Assembly (NCBI RefSeq): GCF_963921235.1
Contig: NC_086097.1
Location: 98,644,001-98,708,000, forward strand
Reading direction: 5' to 3'
Origin: Mobula hypostoma
Lineage: Eukaryota
DNA length: 64,000 bases
Positions within the stretch are counted from its first letter, which is position 1; the number at the start of each line of letters is the position of its first letter. The notes below the pieces were generated by a model. It was not told the DNA's origin. It ran no database searches and worked only from the letters and a program-made list of their open reading frames with translations. Positions 13,313 to 25,700 of the stretch are shown one piece after another. The position numbers were made by a program, and so were the translations under genes.

Positions 13313-14989
13313 CTACCGAGAGGAAAGGGAGGCCAATCACAATCAGAAATACCTTCGTCTTCTTTTGTACACTAACTTGCCAGCCTTCGTTCATGTATAA
13401 ACTTTCATAAATTCTATTATATTTCTTTATTTTCCTGTAAATTCTCGCAAAAATATTAATCTCAAGTAGTATTTGGGAGCATTTGCATACTTTGATCTTC
13501 ACAGCCCATCGTCAGGGACAGCGCAAAGTCAAAGCTAAACTTTTACCAGCAGCACAGGTCTGGGATTCATCAGCCTTGGAATGAGCCAGCTCATAGTCAG
13601 CTCCTTGGGTCAAACCCCTGGGCAAACTGCAATCACTGCTAAAGCAGACCCGCAGGTTGGCGCTGTGGTCACCGCTGCAGAAGTGGTGCCTTGGTCCGAG
13701 TAGCTGAGAGCCCGGCTCAGGGAGTTAACCAGCTTGTCCCATTGCTTCAGTAGAACACATAGGTGGGCTGATTCCCCTCGTCCTGAAGTCTCTCCAGACT
13801 GACATCAGTTCAACAGCTCATGTCAATTTCGTCTGTGCATTCTGCCCATGCACATAACCCATGTTACAATGGTTCATTGGTCAGGCAGACTCTTGGCACA
13901 GCTCATGAGGGGCAAATGTAAGTTTGTTCTTTTCTATTCCACACACAGGAGACTACTCATGATTAATTTAAATGAGCTGGTGTGAGTGGAGCTCCCACCC
14001 AGTACTGGGTCCTTTGCCCTGCAGATCACTGTTCCTCTGACACTGCTTAAACATGCTGAGGCTTTCTGCGTCCAACAAGCCAATTCCAAATCCCATCACC
14101 TTCATCCCCCATCTAATCCTTCACCCAGTCACTTTAAATCTCTGCTCCATGTGCCTGACCTGCTGCTGAGGTAAGTGGGCCTTTCCTAGTAACTCAGCCC
14201 GGGGTCTCCACAGCTCCTCCATGCCGACATCTTCCCAGTGAGGACAATGCCTTTGTAGTTGCAGTCCAATGGAATGAACAGCACCTTGTACTCCACTTGG
14301 GTTATAAACATGGAATTTTCTCATTTCAAGTAACCCACATCCCCGTGAACCATTCCTATTCCCACCAGCCCACCCAGGATCTCTTGCCCTCTCTGTTCAC
14401 CTTTCCACCCTCCCCCTTGGTGTTACCTACACTTGTTACCTTCCCCCCACTGGTCCCATTTGCCCGTCACCCAAACCCCTGTCCCCTGGGTCTTTTCCAT
14501 TGGGTTATAATTGTTATGCCCCACCTGGTCCAATGTGCCCATCACTCCTCCTCATGTGGACCCACATATCCCTTCCAGCTCCTACATCCCCTCCTCCCCC
14601 CTTTTTAAACAGACTCTCCCCCCTCTACACTCACAGTCCGGATGCAGGTTTTTGATTGTCCCTCTGGTCCTACAGATGCTGCCTGGCCAGGGTTTGTTTT
14701 TCGTCCCCCCTACTTTTAACATTGCACAGGAGCGAGTGCAGAAGAAATGGACAATCGTATCTTCCCAGAAATGTGGTGACTGGAACCATACACTCTACTC
14801 AAGATGTGGCCAATGCTATGTACTGGGCAGTTGTAGCTTCCCTCCCCTGTTTCCGTATTCCAGCTGACAAAGGAAGACATCACCTCACTGACAAACCCTT
14901 GCTGCTTTATGCTATGTCTGATTATCACCTCCACCACAGTGCCCTGTGGCCCATTCTCATTTTCCTTTCTACCCGCAATCCCGAAAATT

Positions 14990-15470
14990 AAATCTGCAAT
15001 TACACGTATCAAGTTTCTGCAGATGTACTGTGGAGAGCATTGTGACTGGCCACATCACCGCCTGGTGTGGAGCCTCCAATACGTAGGATTGAGAGAGGCC
15101 GCAGAGGGTGGCGGACTCTGCCGGCCCCCTCACAGGCACAACCCTCCCCACCATCGAGGACATCTTCATAACGTAGGCGACACTCATCATTAAGGACCCT
15201 CACCTTCAGGGACATCGTCTCCTCCCACTGCTACTGTAGGAGAGGAGGTACAGGAGCTTGAAGACGCACGCTCAGTGTTTCAGGAACAGCTTCTTCCCTT
15301 CACCATCAGATTTCTGAGTGGACAATGAACCCATGAACACTATTCCTCTTTTGCACTTTTTTTTGTAACTTATAGTGATTTTTATGTATCGCAGTGTTGC
15401 TCTGCAAAACAGCAAACTTGGCACCATACAGTACGGTCTGTCAGTGACGATAACCTGATTATGATTCCCA
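14990..15470 (+). mobile_element. Decayed Rex1/Babar-like LINE 3' fragment
   Basis: Nucleotide similarity to the better-preserved copy at 42795-43420 (gagcat..tgactgg...catcac.gcctgg; acagcttcttcc). Confidence 0.55.
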
Positions 15471-15769
15471 TACGGCAGACTGGTTTGCAATTCTATGCCC
15501 CCAGTACCTTTCCCACTGACAGTGTCCCAGTTTGTATCAAAATCTCCAACATCCACATTTCTCTGGCATTTGATTATGGACTTGGTGCACACAGGTCTAC
15601 AACTTCCATCATTATGATGCAAGCCTCTCTGTTGTTCAGTGAAAGAATCACAATCATAGCCATGCTCAGCCCTCCAAATCAGTGTCCAACCACCCATTTA
15701 CACCAATCTCATTTTATTCTCTTCACATTCTCATCAGCCCCCACCACCCCACCCCCAAGTTTCTATCCT

Positions 15770-15990
15770 TCACCTGCACTCTACGGGCTGTTTGCAGTTT
15801 ACAGTGGCTGGTTAACCTACTGCCTTGCACATCTTTGGGATGTAGGAGGAGACCGGCTCACCAGGAGGAAATGCACACGGTCTCAGGCAGAATGTGTAGA
15901 CACGTAGACAGTGTCTGAAGTCAGGATTGAACCCATGTCTCTGGTGCTGTGAAGCAGCACTTCTATCAGCTGTGCCACTGCACCACCAAC
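15770..15990 (-). mobile_element. Decayed V-SINE-like element; related copies at about 50640-50880 (+), 54170-54410 (-), 61770-61950 (-) and 62600-62780 (-)
   Basis: Shared core ggagcacc.ggaggaaacccac...gtcacagggagaac.tgcaaa and a B-box-like caggattgaaccc. Confidence 0.55.
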
Positions 15991-16184
15991 GTGTGTGGTA
16001 AATCTTTCAACATGTTGTTTCTTCTCTCAACTGTTGTCTGTTCTGGTGCATTGAGAGTGGAGTCTGATCTTGACGAACCAGCCCTGTACCCCAGCAGATT
16101 ATTTCTCCCCAGGTACGTGTCCTCATCCCGCTGACAACTGGCTCCATTACAGAGCTCCCACTTAGCTCGTGCCCCTCTGCTTAC

Positions 16185-16293
16185 CTCAGTGGTGATGTCG
16201 TTCTGCTGGCTCTCTCCAATGCGAGACATACTGTGGTACTTCAGGTCACAGGCACAGGCTATCGTGGATATTCTGCATGACAGCTTTTCACTG
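16185..16293 (-). CDS. dll4: Delta-like 4-type ligand exon 10 (SEKLSCRISTIACACDLKYHSMSRIGESQQNDITTE)
   Basis: Acceptor ttgtttag|C, donor GAG|gtaagc, 109 nt. Resembles the recalled DLL4 tail SEKPECRISAICS...YQS...ATE. Confidence 0.9.
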
Positions 16294-16999
16294 CTAAACA
16301 AAGAGACAAGAGCAGGTGAGAACACAGCTGGCCAGATGGAGCACCAACACTAAAGTGATGGGAGAGAGGGCCCAGTGACAGGCCCATGGAACAGTGCTGC
16401 TGCAGCCCTTGTTCATCCACAAGAAATACAAAACACCTTTCTTGACGTCTGTACTGCCGCCCAGCCCAGAGCTCCGCAGTGTCACCCAGCCTGCACGTTT
16501 GTACTGTCATCCAGTCTTTACATCCATGAGGTTGTCAGGTCTGTGTCCGCAGCGTCAAGCTAATGCATCCTTTTAGAGAGCATGCTTACAGGAAGCATTG
16601 AGCAAGCTAAGGCTTGTCTGTTTGGAACCAAGGAGGATGAGAGGTGACTTGGTAGAAGTGTATAAGGTGAGAGGCAGTGATAGAGTAGACACCCGGGCCT
16701 TTTTCCCAGGATGGAAATGGCTAATAATTTTCAGGTGATTGGAGGAAACCCTGGGTTTTAAACACAGACAGTGGTGGGAACATGGGAGTCAGGGTGGTGG
16801 TGGAGGCAGACACATTAGGAACAGTTAAGAAACTCTTGGGCACATGGATGGAGGGCTATGTGGGAGGAATGGGTTTGACTGATCTTGGAGCAGGTTAAAA
16901 GGTCAGCAGAGCATCATGGACCAAAGGGCCATACTGTTCTAGGTTCTGTTCTCAAAGCACCAGTGCTGCTTATGAACAATGTGCCTTCTGGTGTTTACA

Positions 17000-18400
17000 C
17001 ACGGAGGAAGGACCACAGACGGGCCGCACTCCTCGAGTCTTGGCAATCGACTGCACCGAATCTGTACATCTCTCAGCACTCGTTTTCACAGCCTGGACTC
17101 TCCAGTCAATGGCATTTCTCTGCAGACATGTCTTTGTACAGGAACTCCAACAAGTTTTGGGCAAGCCAAAGAGCATCTTTCACTGAGTTGAATATCTTCC
17201 AGCAGCACTCAGTTGGTGACCCTGGGAACACTCCATAGATCAGAGAGGACTCTGCTTTATTTGATGAGGACCCTGCATTCTTTTTCAGAGCCTCTGTGCA
17301 AATGCAAAGCTGGCAGGTGGTTGTCTCATTCTCCAGGCAGCTATGCGTCAGGAGTGAGACTGACCACACAGGAAGGATCCGAGAGGGGGGACCACACTCA
17401 CCACCAGCCAAGTGAGGCCATGGTGCTTGCTGCTGAGGTCTAGAGATGAGCTTTAACAGTGTGCTCAGAGAACTCTACCACAGAATCTATTGTATCCTTC
17501 TCCTGTGGTATGGTATCTGCTCTGTGCTCACCCCTGCCTGATGTACTTGTGCTCGAAGGTGTTTTCCTGAAGGAACCTTTCCTCAAGGATGTCGTGTGGC
17601 AATATCTATCTGAGTGGACCACTGTGTGCCCACAAGGCCAGACCTATCCTTCATTACACCAGGACAGGTAGAACCTCAGCAGGTAGAGAGACGTGTGCCT
17701 GTGTCTACGCATGGCTTGCAGTTCCACACAAAAGGTGGTGATCAGGATGAGGATAAATTTGTTAGACTTCCCCCCCCCCCCCCCAATCTCTGGGGATATC
17801 AATCTTCACCTGTTGGACACGTTTCATGGTAGATTGGTTGCTTGACAGCCAAGGTGGATGAACAGAATATAGGGCAGCATCCACGCCAAGCCGGGCAACA
17901 CCGAGAGCACCTGGCACCTGATGACCAGGTTCATTCCTTCCCATCGAGAGGCAGCACCACTCTCACCACCCCGGTTTCCTTTTGACCTTCCCCAGTCGCT
18001 GCACCCATTTCTGTGACATGCCTCGAGGCTTCTGAACCTGCTGACCAGAGCACTCAGGTAGTCAGACCTGGTGATGGACCCATGGGTCCAGTTGCTGAAG
18101 AGCATGGCTTTACTCTTCCTGCGATTCACTCTGGCCCCTGACACCGGAGTAAACTGGTGGCAGATGCTGATTGTTCTGCCTCCAGCAGAAGACAATGACC
18201 TCGTCCATGTACAGGAAGGCTTTGATCTGGGTGCTCCCACTGCCCAACACTCTTATGCCCATGTCTTCCGCAATGGATTGGGCACAGGGTTGCAATGGCA
18301 GTCAGTGGAGTGGCAAGTTCCTGCGGTGGGAGACCGAGTGTCCCTGAGAGCTATGTCTACAGGACGTATGTCCAGTTGCAACTCCGCTCAGACCACGTGG
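17000..18400 (-). mobile_element. Highly decayed L1/Tx1-like non-LTR retrotransposon RT fragment
   Basis: Frameshifted pieces GIRVLGSGSTQIKAFLYMDEVIVF (YMDD-like) and SGARVNRRKSKAML. Confidence 0.5.
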
Positions 18401-18499
18401 ATCAGTAGCTGAACTCAGTGAGGAGCGTATGGGGTTGGGGGGGCAGGGGTATCATTGACAGGAGTTTCAGGGAAGTGGTCAAACCAGATGTTCAACTAG

Positions 18500-21400
18500 C
18501 TAGCTGAGTGACAGCCAGGAGGGACAGGCAGATAACTCCCTTCTCCAACAAGGATACTGTTTTGGATACCAATTGCTCCTCAGGCCAAATCAGTGGCTCT
18601 GTTGCACAGGAGGGCGAGTCAAAGACTAGGCAAGCAATAGTGAAGGTGGATCCTACAGTCAGGGGCACAGTTTCCGTGACCCCAGGATTTTGTGTTACCT
18701 CCCTTGTGACATGGTCAGAAATGTTTGAGTGGGAACAGGGCATCCTGAGGGGGGGAGAGTGAGCAGCCAGAGATCATGGTCCATACTGGTACTAACAACA
18801 TCAGCTGGAAGGGAGGTGAGGGAGTCAGGTAGAAAGTTTAAGCAAAACAGAACGTACTTCTAGGGTGATCATCTCAGGATTATTCCCCATGTCATGTGCC
18901 AGTGAGGCAAGAAGTAAGAAAATAGCACAGTGGCAAGGAACTGGTGCAGGGGAGAGAGCTTCAGCTGTCCAGAACATTGGGATATCTTCCAGGTCCAAAG
19001 CGGGTTATACCCGAACAGGAGTGGCACCAATATTCTCACAGGTGGGTTTGCTACTGCTACTCAGTGTGGCAGAGGGTTTGGAACTGGGGCAATTGGTCAA
19101 CAGGTGGGGCAACTGAGAAGTTAGAGGTTAAGTCGAGTGAGTCCAAAGGCAGGGGCAGACAATGAATGGCAGGAATGTTGATCTGATGTGTATTTACTTT
19201 AGTGATAGGCAATGCAGATAGTTAATACATGGAATGTAAGTTGCAGCCATTATAGAGAGTTGGTTGACAGCAGGTAGGACTGGCAGCCGAGCAGTACAGG
19301 ACATTGATGTTTTAGATGCAATAGAGTGGGAGAGTGGCAATACTGATCGGGGAGAATGTCACTGCTCTGCTGAGAAAGGACATCTTAGAGGGCCAACCAA
19401 CTGAGACTGCAGTTCAGGAATAAGAAGGGTGCAATCATTATGGGACTATACTGTAGGCCTCGTAAAAGCTAGAAGGAACGGATATGCAGGCAGATCATCA
19501 AAAGATAGAAAATCAACAAGGGGGTGGTTCAACACTTAATATTGACTACAGCTCCCCTAGTGCCAGGGCTTAAACAGAGCAAAGTTGGTCAAGTCCTCCT
19601 CAATAGTTTCTTGAAACAATATGTAGATAGTCTATTCAGGGAAGGAGCAATACAAGACCTGGGGAACGAGCCGGCCTAGGTGATCAGAGTCTCAGCGGGC
19701 AGGCATTTTGGACTATAATTCCATAAGTTTTAAGATAGTCATGGATTTGGTTAAGACTAGACCTCGGGAGAAAGTGCTAAATTGGGGGTAGTCTAATTAA
19801 CACAGTATTAGGCAGGAGCTGGAGAGAATGGATTAGGAGCAGCTGTTTCGGGGTAAAAACCATATCTGACCCTGGGAGTCCTTTAAAGGCCAGGTCATTA
19901 GAGTACATGACAAGTACAAAGGAAAATGAAGCACAAATAAGGTTTGTGACACGGCTCTTGTCCAATTAAGGATGGAGATTTAGGAGAAATCTTTTCCAAT
20001 GAAGGAAGCAAGAAAGAATGTAAACAAGAAATTAGGAGGGCTAAAAGGGATCACAATGTCCTTGGCTACTGGAATTACAGAGGAGTCCAAAGCATTTTAA
20101 AACAGGTTAGCTAGGGAAAGGGTAGATGCATGCAAAAAAACAAGGAAAGAAGTTATGCTGCAGCCAGAGGAAATTGTGCAAAGTCCTTAATCACTGAGGA
20201 AAAGGACATGGATGATGGTGAGTTTAGGGGGGTGTTGGAGTCTTGAAAAACATTAAGCCTCCATGGCCTAATGGGATCTATCCTAAGATAGAGACAGAAA
20301 ACCTACAGCACAATACAGGCCCTTCAGCCCACAAAGCTGTGCTGAACACGTCCTTACCTTAGAAATTACCTAGGGTTACCCATAGCCCTCTATTTTTCTA
20401 AGCTCCATGCACCTATCCAGGAATCTCTTAAAAGACCCTATCATATCCGCCTCCATCACTGTCGCCGACAGCCGATTCCATGCACTCACCACTCTCTGCG
20501 TAAAAAACTTACCCCTGACATCCCCTCTGTACCTACTTCCAAGCACCTTAAAACTATGCCCTCTCAGCCATTTCAGCCCTGAGAAAAAGCCTCTGACTAT
20601 CCACACAATTAATGCCTCACATCATCTTATACACCTCTATCAGGTCACCTCTTATCCTCCATCTCTCCAAGGAGAAAAGGCCAAGTTCACTCAACTTATT
20701 CTCATAAGGCATTCTCCCCAATCCAGGCAACTTCCTTGGTAAATCTCCTCTGCACCCTTTCTATGGTTTCCACATCCTTCCTGTGGTGAGGCGATCAGAA
20801 CTGAGCGCAGTACTCCAAGTGGGATCTGACCAGGGTCCTATATAGCTGCAACATTACCTCTCGGCTCTTAAACTCAATCCCACGATTGATGAAGGCCAAT
20901 GCACCGTATGCCTTCTTAACCACAGAGTCAATCTGCGCAGCAGCTTTGAGTATCCTATGGACTCGGACCCCAAGATCCCTCTGATCCTCCACACTGCCAA
21001 GAGTCTTACCATTAACGTTATATTCTGCCATCATATTTGACCTACCAAAATGAATCATGTCACACTTATCTGGGTTGAACTGCATCTGCCACTTCTCAGC
21101 CCAGTTTTGCATCCTATCAATGTCCTGCTGTGACCTCTGACAGCCCTCCACACTATCCACAATACCCTGAACCTCTGTGTCATCAGCAAATTTACTAACC
21201 CATCCCTCCACTTCCTCATTCAGATACTGAGGAAAGCAAAGCAGGAGATTGCTGGAACTTAGAGAGATTTATGTATCATCTTTAAGCACGGTGCTAGAAG
21301 ACTGGAGAAGAGCCCATATTGTTCCATTGTTTAAGAAGGGCAACAGGAGAATTAATGACTGATTAACTTTACACCAATTGTAGTTAAATTACTGCAGAAG

Positions 21401-22560
21401 ATTCCTAGGAACAGAACTTGCTTACATTTGGAAAATGATGGACTTATTTGGGACAGTCAGCTTGGCTTTGTGCAGGAACAGTTCTGCCTCATGAGTATGA
21501 TTCAGTTTTTTTAATAAAAAGGACGCGGTGAAAATGATTGACAAGGTTAGGGAGGTGAATGTTCTCTACGTGCACTTCAGTAAAACATTTGACAAATTCC
21601 CTCACAGTAGGCTGGTCCAGAAGAATTTGTCACATGGGATCCATGATATGTTGATAAATTGGATCCAAAATTGGTTTGGTCAAAGGAGACAGAGGGCAGT
21701 GATGGAAGGGCAGTTTTCCTGCCTGCACGTCTATGACCAGTGACGTTCTAGAAGGATCAGTGCCGGGGTCCCAGTTTGTGATATACATTAATGATTTGGA
21801 TGAAAACGCAAGTTACCAGATCAGTAAGTTTGTAGATAACATGAAAATTGGCAGAGTTATGGATACTGTGGAAGTTGTCAAAGGATTCAACAGGATATAG
21901 ATGAGTTGGAAATATGAGCAGGAAAATGGGAGACAGTTTAATCCAGACAAGGCATTTGTGGAGGCCAAATGTGAAAGGAAAGTATAGAGTAAATGACAGG
22001 AGCCTTAGAGCATTGATGTACAGAGGAACTTGGGGTTCATGTTCATAGCTCCCTCAAAGTGGCAACACAAGTGATAGGGTGGTAAAGATGGCCTATACCA
22101 TGCTCAAGGTTAAAAGTTGGCAAATAAAGTTTCACTAGCATAAAACTTTGGTCCGGCCACTTTTGGAGTACTGTGTGTAGTTCTGGTCACTGTATTACAA
22201 GAGGGAGTGAAAGCTTTTTTGAGGTTCATTATGCTGCTGCTAGGATTCACTGTAACAGATATAGGGAGAGGTTGGACAGACATAGATTGTTTTCTTGGAA
22301 AACAAGTACATAAAATTATGAGTGACATCAACAGGGTAGATAGAGTCTTTTCCCCCAGGATGGAGATGTCAAATACTGGAGGGCGTTGGTTTCAGGTGAG
22401 AGGGTACAAGTTTAAAGGAGATTTATAAAGCAAGTTTTCTTCCCCCCACACAAAGAATGCTAGTTCCCTGGATACAGTGCTTGGCGAGTTGGTAGAAGCA
22501 GAAATGTTAGCAGTCTGAAGAGACAGACAGATAGACAAGCATATGAGCAGGCAGGAGATA
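18500..22560 (+). mobile_element. Near full-length decayed CR1 LINE (ORF1 esterase region to 3' end), interrupted by an inverted CR1
   Basis: IISGLFP..CASEAR and GTNIL ORF1-like motifs, followed by YVHFSKTFDKFPH RT remnants. Confidence 0.8.
20291..21221 (-). mobile_element. 5'-truncated CR1 LINE nested in an older CR1
   Basis: WVSKFADDT...RSHLEYCAQF. Flanked by agata at 20286-20290 and 21222-21226. Confidence 0.9.
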
Positions 22561-22799
22561 GTGGTGTACAGACCAAATGATGGAGAGGTCTCTATCATAT
22601 TGTTGTCTATTGATTTGGACTGCAGGATTGATGTGTGTATAGAGCAAATGAGATCCAATTCCCTCCCTCAGCACATCCCTCACATACACAAATGATATCC
22701 GGTCGAAGGTATATCCTTGATCCAAGTTGCCTGTGGCTGTTCACAGTTTTATGTTAACTGTGCCCCCAGCAGAAACACATCCCCATTTTGTAGCCCAGC

Positions 22800-25700
22800 C
22801 CATAATGTGAACATAAATGTAGGTGTGATGAGCTCCACACAGAAGCTGGTGGTGTGGATGGTGAGGATGGGGAGGATGGCTGTCTTAGGCTACAGCAGGA
22901 TATACTGTAGAGCAGACGTAAAGACTTGGGAAGTACTGGCAGGTGGAATTCGTGCAAGGCCATGCGGTTTGGGGGAGCAAGTGTACAGTTAAATGGTAGG
23001 GCACTGAGGAATGTTCATGGACAAGGAGTCTTGGGGTTAAGGTCCACAGTTCCAGAAAATGGTAGTGGTGAAGAAGGCAACTAGCCCGTTTGCCTCATCA
23101 GTCAAGGCATAGATTATAAATGTCGGGACATTACGGTGTGACTTTACAAAATACTGGTTAGGCTGCACTTGAGGGCATAGGTGGAAGACAAGAGGGAGGT
23201 GCTTTAAAGAGACTGACTGGAAGGATTTTTTTTAAAAACAGAGTGGTTGATATCTGAACGCATTGCCAGAGGAGGTGATGCAATTAGATATAATCACTAC
23301 ATTTAGGAGTCATTTAAACAAGTACATAAACAGACATGGAAGTCCTAAAGTGGGCAAATGGTTAGCGAAGACAGGCAAAAGTGTTGGCAGGACCTCAGAA
23401 AATGGGATAATTTGCTATTAAGTACAAGAGTCAACTGGACAGCAGGCCCTCTACAATCCCCAGAAACACCACATTGCAGTGCTCCCTCGATACTGCCCCT
23501 TCTACAGTGTGGAACTCCCTCAGTACTGCCCCTCCCATGGTGTGGAGCTCTCTACCACAGTGCAGAGCTCCCTCAGTACTGCCCTTCCCAGTGTTACGAT
23601 CCCCTAGTATTCCCCTGCCACAGCGCGGTGCTCCCTTACTCCTGTCCCATGCCACTGTGTACAGGTCTCGCGTTGCTGCCCCTGCCACACTGTGTGACTG
23701 ACTCACTGCTCCAGCCTATTCAGTAGTATCTACCCAGATGGCTGTGCTCACTCAAAACTGCACCTCCCACTCGTGGAGATAAAAGAATGGGATGATTACT
23801 TTCCTTGGATTGTATTATGGGCAGCCCAGTTGTCAGCAGGATTTAGAAAAACAAGTGTAGGGAGTTTGTAGATAGTTGTGATAATAGGATTTGTACTAGT
23901 AAGTGATTTAAATTTCTCTCATATTGTTTGGGACTGACATACTGTAAACTGCTTAGAGTGGATAGAATTCGTTAAATGTGGCCAGGAAATTTTTATTTTC
24001 AAATACTGTGTCGATGGCCAACTAAATAGAGGGCAACACTGGACCTCCTGTTGGACAATGAAGCCGGGCATTCTATTAGTTTTAAAATAGTCAAGGAAAA
24101 AGATAGGATGGCATTAGTCAGGAACTTGTAAAAGTTGATTGGGAGAGGCAGTTTCTGGGTAAAGGGACATCTAGCAAGTGGGAGGCTTTAAAAGTAAGAC
24201 AGGGAGAATTGGGTCATTATGTTCTTGCTAGAATAAAGAGCAAGGCCAGCAAGATTGGGGAACTTGGTTGACAGGGGATATTGAGGCATTGGTCAGATAA
24301 AAGGATGAGGCTCGTGACAGGAATAGGCAGCTGGGTTGAAGTGAATCCTTTGAGGAGTACAAGAGATGTCGGTGTTCACCTTGGGAAGTAGGAGGGCAAA
24401 AAGGCAAATGGATCTGGTTGGCAAGGTTAAGAAAAATCCTAAGAGATTCTACAAGCAAATTAAGAGCAAAAGTTTAATTAAAGAATAGGTCCCCTTAAAA
24501 GTGAATGTAGAAATCTTTGTGTGGAGCCACAATGAGCCTATTTTTCCATCTGCATTAGGTACTCGTCATGAAAGATACAGAATTAAGGGGATTGACTGGT
24601 GACGTACTAGAACATATCCACATTACAACAGAGGAGATGCTGGTGGTGTTAAAGTGTATTAAGGTGGAGAAATCCCTAGGGTGTGATAATTTGCATCCTG
24701 GGACATTGTGGGAGGCCGTGGAAGAATCTGCTGAGATATTTGCATCATTTTGATGAGGTTCATTTTGTGAGGTTCTAGGAGACGGGGGGGGGGGGGGGCT
24801 AATGCTGCAACTTTATTTAAGAAGGGCTGCAAGGACAAACGACAGGATGGCAAGTCTCATATCAGTTGTGTGAAACTTATGAAAGACAGGATCCAGAACA
24901 GTACAGGGCCTTTGGTTCACAGTGCTGTGTCAACCCTTCAGCCTAATCCAAGATCATTCTAACCCTTCCCTTCCACATAGCTCTGCATTTTTCTTTGATC
25001 CATTTGCCGATCCAAGAGTTAAATGTCCCTAATGTGTCTGCCTCTACCATCACCCTGGCAGGGCGTTCCACACACCAACACTGTAAAACCTGCCTCTGAC
25101 ATCCCTATACATTCCTCTAATCACCTTAAAGTTATGTCCCCTTCGTAAAAACTATTTCTGCCCTGGGAAAAATTACTTACTTGATCCATGTCTCTTATTA
25201 TCTTATACACCTCTATCACGTCACCTCCCATCTTCCTTCACTCCATAGACAAAAGTCTAGCTCACTCAACCTTTCCTCATAAAACGTGCTCTCTAATCTG
25301 GGCAGCATTCTGGTAAATCTCTTCTGCACCCTCTAAAGCTCCCACATCCTTCTTACAAGGAGACAACCAGAAATAAACACAATACTCCAAGTGTAGTCTA
25401 ACCAAGGTTTTCTAAAGCTGCAACATTACCTGACAGCTCTTGAACTCAGTCCCCCGACAACTGAAGGCCAACACACCATATGCCTTCTTAACAACCTCAA
25501 CAACATGCAGGGCAACTTTGAGGGATCTGTGGACGTGGACTCCAAGATCTCTGTTCCTCCACTCTGCTAAGAAACCTACCATTAACCCCGTATTCTGCCT
25601 TCATGTTTGACCTTCTAAAGTGAATCACCTCATACCTTTCCAAATTGAACTCCAGCTGCCACTTCTCCACCCAACTATGCATCCTATCAATGTCCCATTG

